Positions 1 through 7,357 of a DNA stretch of 64,000 nucleotides are shown here, in pieces; positions within the stretch are counted from its first letter, which is position 1; every line of letters starts with the position of its first letter. The DNA comes from Acidimicrobiia bacterium (GTDB taxonomy: Bacteria; Actinomycetota; Acidimicrobiia; Spongiisociales; Spongiisociaceae), in the NCBI GenBank assembly GCA_041576165.1, contig JBFGLM010000003.1, forward strand, positions 32,001 through 96,000, given 5' to 3'. A program made the translations under genes and the position numbers. A model generated the notes under the pieces. The model was not told where the DNA came from. It did no database searches and saw only the letters and a list, made by a program, of their open reading frames with translations.

Positions 1-1430
1 GCAACTGCCACCGGCATCGCCAGCGCAACCGTGGCAGCGGCAACGGCGGCGCCGGTGCGGCGGGCGTGGCGGGCGGTATCCCGCGCGGCCAGCCGTCCGG
101 CGGTGGGGAGCCGGTGGGCGCTGTCTCCCAACACCTTGACCATGGTCGGGATCAGAACCAGGAATCCGCCCATGAGAATGACGAGGCCGATGGCCTGAAC
201 CACACTCTCGAACTTGACGGTGCCCCAGCCGGTGATCACGCCACCGATGATCAACGCCGCCAGACCCCAGCGAGCCAGCCTGGCCGGGGGAGGGGGCGGA
301 GCGGTGCGTCCCGCCAGTGCGTCGGTCGGGTCGAGGCGGGCTGCCGCTTTCGCCGGGGTGAGCGCGGCCAGCGTGGCCGCCGTGGTGCCCAGCACGACCG
401 CGCCCAGCAGGAAGAGCGGGGATGGGTCGAGCGGGCCGGTCACGCGGCCGGCGATCGTGTCGAGGTGCGGCTGGACCAGCAATGCACCCACCACCCCGAT
501 CGCAACACCTGTCAAGGATCCGACCAGACCGAGCACCAATCCGCCCGCAAGGACGGTCAGCCGGGTGTGGCGGGCCTCCCCGCCGGCGGCGGCCAGCAGG
601 CCCAGTGCCCGAAGCTGGCGCCGGGCCCCGACAGTGAAGGCGGCCGCAGCGATGAGACCTGTCTCGACCAGCGCCAGCGCCGCAATGGCGAAGCTGGCGC
701 CCATGGCTTCGGTTGCACCGCTCAGCTCCACGATCGATCGCCGGTCGACGGTCGAGACCGGTTGCGCCGCCTGGATCTTGGCGACCGCATCCTGGATCGA
801 CGTTTCGTCCGGGAGGTCGATGAAGAGGTTGACGGCGGTGTCCTCGTAGCCGGCGAGCGAACCCGGAGCCAGCAGCCCTATCGGGTCCCAGACTGCCTCC
901 GGCGCAACGGCCACACCGACGACGGTGAGCTCCAGCAGCGGCTCGTCCACGACGAACGTGTCACCGATCTCCAGGCCACGCCGCTCCAGCAGGCGTGGAT
1001 GGACCGCAACCTCGTTCTTGGCATTCGGCGCGCGGCCTTCCAGCACCTGGTACATGCCGACCGTGGCGCCAATGGTGGGCCCGTCGGTCAGATTCACATA
1101 GTCGTAGGCACCCCCCAGCGTGGACTCGCCCGCCAGGTTCCGCTGCACCGCGAATTGTGTCCCCGCGGGCAGCACCTTTTGATACGAGGCCGGATCCGTG
1201 AGCGCCGGATCGTCGCTGCTGAATCCCATGATCGCCAGCTCAGCCCGGCCCATCAGGCCGGTCGCTCGCTCCTCGAACGAGGGTGAGGCGGTTCGAATCG
1301 AGATGGCAGCAGTGGTCAATCCGGCGACGGGCAGGGCGATCATGGCCACCACCAGCAGGCTGCGCCAGCGATTGCGTTTTGCCTCCCGCCACGCCATACG
1401 GGTGGCGGCCTTGAATTCGGCCGCCTTCAT
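1..1430 (-). CDS. FtsX-like ABC transporter permease (5' part; runs off the window start)
   Basis: ATG at 1430 overlaps the ATPase stop (ATGA). Reads MKAAEFKAATRMAWREAKRNRWRSLLVVAMIALPVAG..., with further hydrophobic segments near 200-720. It has no stop inside the window, so it is absent from the ORF track. Confidence 0.8.
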   Translation of the reverse strand, partial: MKAAEFKAATRMAWREAKRNRWRSLLVVAMIALPVAGLTTAAISIRTASPSFEERATGLMGRAELAIMGFSSDDPALTDPASYQKVLPAGTQFAVQRNLAGESTLGGAYDYVNLTDGPTIGATVGMYQVLEGRAPNAKNEVAVHPRLLERRGLEIGDTFVVDEPLLELTVVGVAVAPEAVWDPIGLLAPGSLAGYEDTAVNLFIDLPDETSIQDAVAKIQAAQPVSTVDRRSIVELSGATEAMGASFAIAALALVETGLIAAAAFTVGARRQLRALGLLAAAGGEARHTRLTVLAGGLVLGLVGSLTGVAIGVVGALLVQPHLDTIAGRVTGPLDPSPLFLLGAVVLGTTAATLAALTPAKAAARLDPTDALAGRTAPPPPPARLARWGLAALIIGGVITGWGTVKFESVVQAIGLVILMGGFLVLIPTMVKVLGDSAHRLPTAGRLAARDTARHARRTGAAVAAATVALAMPVAV

Positions 1431-2140
1431 TGCACGGTTGCCAGCAGCGTGGCGGGTGAATCCCACTCGTTGGCCTCGTCGACGATGCGGCCGTCCCGCA
1501 GGAACACGATGCGGTCGGCCCAGGCGGCGAGCCGGCTGTCGTGGGTGACCAGGATGCCGCAGCCTCCCATCTCGCAGTGCCGGCGCATGACCTGGAGCAC
1601 GGTCTCGCCGGTCGTTGTGTCGAGCGCGCCGGTGGGCTCGTCGGCCAGCAACAGCGTGCGTGTACCAACGATGGCCCGGGCGATCGCCACCCGTTGTTGC
1701 TCGCCGCCCGACAGTTCTTCCGGGAATCGATCCGCCAGCTCACGAATCTCGACCCGGTCCAGGGCTTGAAGTGCTTGTTGCGTGGCGATCCGGTGGCTGA
1801 TGCCATCCAGTTCCAGCGGCAGTGACACGTTCTCGGCCGCAGTCAGGCCTTCGATCAGGTTGTACTGCTGGAACACGTAGCCGATCCGCCGGCGGCGCAG
1901 CGCGGCGCGCGCCGCGACCGACAGCGTGGCTAGGTCGACGTCGTCGACGAACACCTTGCCCGCCGTGGGTTGATCGAGACCGCCGGCCAGCGCCAGCAGT
2001 GTCGACTTGCCTGAGCCGGACGGGCCCATGACGGCCACCAGCTCCCCGCGGTCGAGAGACAACTTGGCATTCACGAGGGCGGCCACCCGTGTGTGGCCTT
2101 CCCCGTGGATGCGGGTGACGTTGTGCAGTTTCAGGATCAT
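1427..2140 (-). CDS. ABC transporter ATP-binding protein (LolD/MacB type)
   Basis: Walker A GPSGSGKS, signature LSGGEQQRVAIARA, Walker B LLLADEPTGALD, H-loop VTHD. Confidence 0.95.
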   Translation of the reverse strand: MILKLHNVTRIHGEGHTRVAALVNAKLSLDRGELVAVMGPSGSGKSTLLALAGGLDQPTAGKVFVDDVDLATLSVAARAALRRRRIGYVFQQYNLIEGLTAAENVSLPLELDGISHRIATQQALQALDRVEIRELADRFPEELSGGEQQRVAIARAIVGTRTLLLADEPTGALDTTTGETVLQVMRRHCEMGGCGILVTHDSRLAAWADRIVFLRDGRIVDEANEWDSPATLLATVQ

Positions 2141-2724
2141 TGAGATGCCTCGGGAATGACGGACTGCTGCTCAATGGCCGCAGTCGGTTGGATGGGACTG
2201 CGAGTGATCCGGCCGGCGCGAGCGATTCGTTCTTCACACGCGTCCAGCCAGCGCACCCGCGATTCGGTCTTGAAGATCAGCGAGTCGACGGCCATGAGCC
2301 AGCCCAGATCGGCCTGGTCGCCGGCGTCGGTTTTGAGTTTCGTGTACTCCTGGAGGCGCCGTAGTGCTGCCCGTCGTTCGGTCTGGAGGATCGCAGTGAT
2401 TTCGGCATCCGGATTGGCGGCAGCCAGCACCAGCTTGAGCACGATCTCGTCCCGGGCGGGGATCACGTGCCGGGTGGGCCGGCTGAACCAGCTGTTGAGG
2501 CTGGCCCGACCCGACTCGGTGATCTCATAGACCTTGTGGGTGTCGTCGTGCTCGACCTGCATCAGCACCAGGCCGTCCCGCTCGAGCCGGTTGAGGGTGG
2601 TGTACACCTGGCCGACGTTCAGCGGCCACACGCCGCCGGTGCGGACCTCGAACTCCTCTTTGAGTTGCAGCCCATACATGGGTCGCTCGTCGAGCAGGGC
2701 GAGGATGCTCATCGGGACAGACAC
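2137..2724 (-). CDS. PadR family transcriptional regulator
   Basis: ILALL..PMYGLQLK..F..RTGGVWPLNVGQVYTTLNRLERDGLV..YEITESG winged helix, followed by a C-terminal helical domain. Confidence 0.92.
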   Translation of the reverse strand: MSVPMSILALLDERPMYGLQLKEEFEVRTGGVWPLNVGQVYTTLNRLERDGLVLMQVEHDDTHKVYEITESGRASLNSWFSRPTRHVIPARDEIVLKLVLAAANPDAEITAILQTERRAALRRLQEYTKLKTDAGDQADLGWLMAVDSLIFKTESRVRWLDACEERIARAGRITRSPIQPTAAIEQQSVIPEASQ

Positions 2725-2742
2725 TGAGGATCTCCTCCCAGA

Positions 2743-2779
2743 TCTACTGGGTATAATACTCAGTATAATACCCAGTAGA
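2743..2779. promoter_or_regulatory. Palindromic operator upstream of padR (probable autoregulatory site)
   Basis: TCTACTGGGTAT-AATACTCAGTATA-ATACCCAGTAGA: perfect 12-bp arms around an internally palindromic core, forming an AT-rich island just upstream of the padR start. Confidence 0.75.
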
Positions 2780-2816
2780 ATGGTCCGTCAAGTGGAGAGC
2801 CCACACATTGCGACGG

Positions 2817-3404
2817 TCAGGGGAGCGGCGGCAGATCGTCGAGATCCGCCGGTCCGATCGGTCCGATTTGCCAGGTGACCGCAACCGTCTCGGGGTTGGT
2901 GCCAAGAGACCACCGGACCACCCGACCCTCAGAGGACAGCCAATACGTGAGGAACAGGTCGGTTCCCAGGCCGAACTCGGGGAGATTCACCCCTGAGGCG
3001 GTGAACCGGTACCGCCCATCCTCTTCCCCCTGCGGCTGGGCCGCGGCCGCGGCCACCAGCACGTCGGCAAAGGAGGGAACCAGCAACGCAGTTGGCCAGG
3101 TAGGGGCGGCGGCGTCGACCGGGGTCCACGGGCGATCGCCAATCCGTTGAAAGCCGCGACTCCCGGCCGTTGTCTCGATGTGAACGAGCGTGGTATCGCC
3201 TTCCGTCGATCGCAGAACGGTTTGGTCGCCGGTAGCGGTTAGTTTGACGCGTGCATCACCAAGCTCCAGGCTCGCGCTGTAACCATTCCCATCGAGCACA
3301 TCGGCCGGCGCCACCGACGCCCCCCATGGCTCGTGAGTCGGTGGTGGGCTACCGCAGGACACCAGCACCGCCAATGCCAGAACGGACGTCAGTACGAGCC
3401 ACAA
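2817..3404 (-). CDS. Hypothetical lipoprotein (start uncertain)
   Basis: Hydrophobic stretch ending in lipobox-like LVSC-G. A TTG at 3404 follows GGGGA. The longer track ORF overlaps the divergent small gene. Confidence 0.55.
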   Translation of the reverse strand: MWLVLTSVLALAVLVSCGSPPPTHEPWGASVAPADVLDGNGYSASLELGDARVKLTATGDQTVLRSTEGDTTLVHIETTAGSRGFQRIGDRPWTPVDAAAPTWPTALLVPSFADVLVAAAAAQPQGEEDGRYRFTASGVNLPEFGLGTDLFLTYWLSSEGRVVRWSLGTNPETVAVTWQIGPIGPADLDDLPPLP

Positions 3405-3470
3405 GCGGTCCCCGCCGGCGGGGGCGTCGGTCCCGTTGTGGCAGACCCCGGGGTCGCCTACATTGGAGTC

Positions 3471-3653
3471 ATGTTTGGACCGCTCAATGGCGTACGGGTG
3501 GCGCTGGTCGTGTGCGCAGCGGTCGCCGCCGTCTTGGCCGCGTTCCTTGGTCAGTGGGCGGTCACGGTCGTATTGGGGGCGGGAGTGGCCCTGCATGGTG
3601 CCGGCTGGTGGTACCTCTACCGGCAAGCTCAACGGGAATCGATCGACTCCTGA
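3471..3653 (+). CDS. Small membrane protein with two TM helices (60 aa)
   Basis: MFGPLNGVRVALVVCAAVAAVLAAFLGQWAVTVVLGAGVALHGAGWWYLYR... A -10-like TACATT lies 6 nt before the ATG. Confidence 0.6.
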   Translation: MFGPLNGVRVALVVCAAVAAVLAAFLGQWAVTVVLGAGVALHGAGWWYLYRQAQRESIDS

Positions 3654-3721
3654 GGGGACGGCGGCTGTCATCGCCGGCGCCGGCCTGACGCACCCGCCCT
3701 CAGAACGCCCGCGTCGCCCAT

Positions 3722-4621
3722 TCAGAAATGCCAGGGGAACTCGCTGTAGTCCTGGGGCCGCTTCTCGAGAAAGGCATCGCGACCCTCCTGGGCCTCATCG
3801 CTTGCGTAGGCGAGCCGGGTTGCCTCGCCGGCGAAAACTTGCTGGCCGACCAACCCGTCGTCGATGAGGTTGAAAGCGAACTTCAGCATCCGTTGCGCGG
3901 TTGGGCTCTTGCGGTTGATGATGTCGGCCCATTCGAGGGCGGTTGTTTCCAACTCGGCGTGGGGGACGGCCCGGTTCGCCATCCCCATCGCCACCGCCTC
4001 CTCAGCCGAGTAGTCGAATCCGAGGAAGAACAGCTCCCGGGCGCGCTTTTGACCCATCTGGCGAGCTAGATACGCACTACCGAAACCACCGTCGAAGCTG
4101 GCCACGTCAGCGTCGGTCTGTTTGAAGACTGCGTGTTCCCGGGAGGCAAGCGTGAGATCGCACACGACGTGGAGGCTATGTCCGCCGCCCACTGCCCAGC
4201 CCGGCACAACCGCGATGACGATCTTGGGCATGAAACGTATCAGCCGCTGGACCTCCAGGATGTGGAGCCGCCCCACCCGGGCCGGATCGATCGCCTCCGC
4301 ACTATCCCCTTCCGCATATTTGTATCCGTCCCTGCCGCGGATGCGCTGGTCGCCGCCGGAACAGAACGCCCAAATCCCGTCTTTGGGTGAGGGCCCGTTA
4401 CCGGTCAGCAGGACCGTTCCCACGTCGGTCCACTGGCGGGCGTGATCGAGTGCCCGGTACAGCTCGTCGACAGTGTGGGGCCGGAACGCGTTGCGAACCT
4501 CTGGCCGGTTGAAAGCAATCCGCGCCGTGCCTTGGTCGACTGCACGGTGATAGGTGATATCGGTGAAATCGAAGCCGTCGACTGCGCTCCACCGGTCCGG
4601 GTCGAAGAGTTCAGACACCAT
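3722..4621 (-). CDS. menB: 1,4-dihydroxy-2-naphthoyl-CoA synthase
   Basis: AFNRPEVRNAFRPHTVDEL, FCSGGDQRIRG, LHILEVQRLIRFMPK, GWAVGGGHSLHVVCDLT, QTDADVASFDGGFGS: actinobacterial MenB motifs. Confidence 0.96.
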   Translation of the reverse strand: MVSELFDPDRWSAVDGFDFTDITYHRAVDQGTARIAFNRPEVRNAFRPHTVDELYRALDHARQWTDVGTVLLTGNGPSPKDGIWAFCSGGDQRIRGRDGYKYAEGDSAEAIDPARVGRLHILEVQRLIRFMPKIVIAVVPGWAVGGGHSLHVVCDLTLASREHAVFKQTDADVASFDGGFGSAYLARQMGQKRARELFFLGFDYSAEEAVAMGMANRAVPHAELETTALEWADIINRKSPTAQRMLKFAFNLIDDGLVGQQVFAGEATRLAYASDEAQEGRDAFLEKRPQDYSEFPWHF

Positions 4622-4722
4622 CAGCGCCGACCTTCCATCTACGTCGGCGCAGAACGATACCGCCGTGACCGGCCAGCGATGAAGACGGGAAACGCCTGGC
4701 CAATTGGGGACGTCTAAGGAGC

Positions 4723-4851
4723 ATGAAACGATTGATGGCCGCAGCCCTGACCGTCGCCGTCATCTGGGCTGCCTGCGGACAGAATCCAACGGCGTTGGGC
4801 GAGTACGAGATAGAACCGGCCGACGCCGCGCATGTGATCGAACTGACGTGA
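4723..4851 (+). CDS. Small putative lipoprotein (42 aa, below the ORF-track cutoff)
   Basis: AAGGAG RBS, then MKRLMAAALTVAVIWAAC-GQNPTALGEYEIEPADAAHVIELT*: basic N-terminus, hydrophobic core, lipobox-like WAAC. Confidence 0.5.
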   Translation: MKRLMAAALTVAVIWAACGQNPTALGEYEIEPADAAHVIELT

Positions 4852-4861
4852 TGCTGCGCAG

Positions 4862-5797
4862 TCAGTGAGTGGGTACTGCTTCCGGTTCACACACGCCACA
4901 GGCGACCGAATCGCCGTGGGCAACCACCGCCGCCAGACGGTCCTGCTCCGTTTGGTACTGGGGGGTGTCGTGCCGCGGGGTGCGGTGGTCGATGAGCTCC
5001 CGCGCCTGGTCCTTCCACGGCGTTCCCCAGGAATAGGTCAGTGGCAGGATCGTGCCCGGCTCAGAGATCGATGCGAAAGCGGCGAGCGCGTCGCGCATGA
5101 TCGACACCTGCTCCGCGGGCCGGCCCGGCCGCCCGGTCGTGTGGCCGAGCGGGAAGTCGAGGAAGACGGCGCGGGGAGGGTGCGCGGCTGCCGTGATCGA
5201 CCACGCGCTCGTCATACAGAGAGTGGGGATACCGGCGGCCTCGATCTCGCGTGCGATCAGCCCAACTGACTGATGGCAAACCGGTCAGACCGGCACCAGC
5301 AGCACCACATCGGCGGCCATTTGTTGGACCTCGCCGACGAGGCGGGGGATCAGCTCCGACCGAAGCCGTCGCTGCGAGTAGATCCCGCCCATGAAGGTCA
5401 GCGCGTGCGGAGTGAGGCTGCCCAGCTCTCCCGACTCAACCATGAAACGGAGCGGCTCGATCGGGAAGACGACGTTGGGGTCGCGGCGGGCGTCGGTCTG
5501 GTCGTAGGCGAAGTGGGTGACTCTCAGATCGGTCACCGCGATGGATGTCTCCACCCTTCGGTAGCTCACGTCGTCTTTGTGAGTGAATGCAACCTGGCCG
5601 GATCGGTAGATCCCGCCTGAGGCGATCAGGGCCAGGCGCGCCTGGGCCATCGGAAACGCCATGGGCACGAGCGCCGGCGGGTCGGGGTTGGCGGCCCAGC
5701 GGTATTCGCCATAACCGAGACTGTTGTACGTGGCTCGGGTTTGGGCGATGTAGTCGACCACATCAAGTTCAGCAGGTGCCGGGCGCGGGAACATCAC
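4862..5797 (-). CDS. Selenoprotein of the glycine/betaine/D-proline reductase selenoprotein B (GrdB/PrdB-like) family; Sec at TGA 5287-5285
   Basis: Track ORFs 5285..5797 and 4862..5215 are in the same frame and separated only by one TGA: ...DVVLLVPV-U-PVCHQSVGLIAREIEAAGIPTLCMTS. Family motifs RLALIASGG, DPNVVFPIEPL and PPRAVFLDFPLGHTTG are present. Confidence 0.85.
5252..5278 (-). other. Putative bacterial SECIS hairpin
   Basis: mRNA after UGA-CCGGUU reads UGC-C-AUCAGUC-[AGUUG]-GGCUGAU-C-GCA. The apical loop starts 17 nt after the UGA and has G at loop position 2. Confidence 0.65.
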
Positions 5798-6240
5798 GCG
5801 TCCTCAGGCGGTGGCCAGGCCGGGTCGAGCTGGCGCAAGAATTGTTCCACCCGTTCGTGCTCGTTGTGTTCCCCGATGCGCTGCGCGAGGCGGCCCAGTC
5901 CGGCGAGGCACGACAGGAAGCCCCGGTTGGCCTCATGGTCCCACCGAACGTAGCCACTCCCGCGCCAGCCGTTCTTACGCAGAGCGTCCAGCCCCCGGTG
6001 GTACCCGACCCGGAACGCGCTGTAGGCGTGAACCACGTCCACAGCGGAGGTCGCAGCTGCTTCGGTTGCCCGTCCCAACGCCGCCCAGGCGGCGAGGCTG
6101 GCGGGATGTTCGGCGATCACGCCGGCTAGACCCTCGGGGTCGGATCCGGCTGCAGCCAGCCGGGCGTGGAGATCGGCGTCCTCAGCCGGGAGGACGGTAT
6201 CGGGTGGCCCCTCGGCGGAGAGGTCGACTGGCTGGCTCAT
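5794..6240 (-). CDS. DUF3151 family protein
   Basis: AYSAFRVGYHRGLDALRKNGWRGSGYVRWDHEANRGFLSCL matches the actinobacterial DUF3151 motif as I recall it. Its stop overlaps the selenoprotein start. Confidence 0.8.
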   Translation of the reverse strand: MSQPVDLSAEGPPDTVLPAEDADLHARLAAAGSDPEGLAGVIAEHPASLAAWAALGRATEAAATSAVDVVHAYSAFRVGYHRGLDALRKNGWRGSGYVRWDHEANRGFLSCLAGLGRLAQRIGEHNEHERVEQFLRQLDPAWPPPEDA

Positions 6241-6273
6241 CACCCCAGCCTAAACGCCTGCCGGGCGGCGCTG

Positions 6274-7200
6274 TCATCCGGCGATCATCCCGGCATGAAC
6301 GTGGAGCACCGGGCGTCCGGCCTGTACCTCGAGCTGCGTAGCCCAGCCCGAGAACGCCACAGGGGCGCCGAACCAGATCGTCAGGTTGACGCCCAGCGGC
6401 CCCCGGGTGGGCCACCGGCTCTCCGCACGACCCATATCCCTGCGAAGGTCCATAGGGAAAGGCAAGATCGGCGATTACCGCGGGCGATGAGTGATTCCAT
6501 GTCGTCACTCGCCAGCTCGGGCTCGATCCGGCGGTCCCATGCAAACTGCATGTCGGCCGGCCATTGCCGCCGCGTCGCGCCTGACCCTTCGATGCCGGGC
6601 GGCGGTTGCGGATCGAGCTCCGGCATCGGCGCGATCCCGCGGATCCTGATGGTGAGGTCGGAATCGAGCGGGATTCGGATGACGTGCTGGTCGTGCCAGT
6701 CGACGCCCAGTTCATCCCCGCCGAAATCCGGGACGCAGAGATCCGGACGATCTGCGGTGAAACGACTGACCGAAATTAAGAGACCCCAGCCTGGGCGCCC
6801 GTGGTCAGGTCGGCGAAGTAAACGCCGTCGGCCGGAAGCCGGTGGTCGGAAAGGGAGCGCCGGGCGACTCCGGCCCGACATAGTTGGTGCCGCAGCCCCG
6901 CCGGCAACGGGCAGGTCGACATCGGCAGGTGCCAACCCGTATCCATGTGGATGGTGGGATACGCGGTTCGGTGACGTAGCCGTGATTGATGTAGATCCAA
7001 ACCGGGTCAGCCATGCTCGGTGTCCATTCGTCCCGAGCCAGACGGGAACCGTCGGCCAAATGGACGACCCAGGGGGGCCAGTGCGAGCGTTCGCAGCTGC
7101 GGATTCGCGTTGACTGAGCCGGGGCCGGCAACGTTTCGGTTTCCGGTGGTCGTGTATCTGGCGACCCGCAACTCGCCACCAGGGCAGTTACCAGAAGCAA
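6274..7200 (-). pseudogene. Multiply frameshifted lipoprotein gene (pseudogene or assembly indels)
   Basis: Lipobox-like LVASC-G near 7170. Protein-like segments then move between frames (PVWIYINHGYV / RLPADGVYFADL / DLCVPDFGGDELGVDW / WATQLEVQAGRPVLHVHAGMIAG*). Confidence 0.45.
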
Positions 7201-7357
7201 CGAAAGTCAGCGCGCCAGCGGGGAGCCGGCCAGTTGCTGCAACACAGCGACTCCGTTTTCGGCGTGACCGCTCCCCTGTCAGCGTTGCGCCGGCGGGGGA
7301 CGTTGCCTCGAGAGCCCAACGTCACCGTGTGTCAGGTTTTACGCGCTGTGCGTTCGA

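Noticed and set aside
4849-4860. Second Sec readthrough (TGA-TGC-TGC) at the end of the 42-aa sORF
   Set aside because: The continuation would run antisense into the selenoprotein gene, looks non-coding, and has no convincing SECIS.
4862-5797. Two separate genes or a nonsense pseudogene
   Set aside because: The single TGA falls exactly at the family's U-x-x-C site, the frame and motifs continue past it, and a SECIS-like stem follows.
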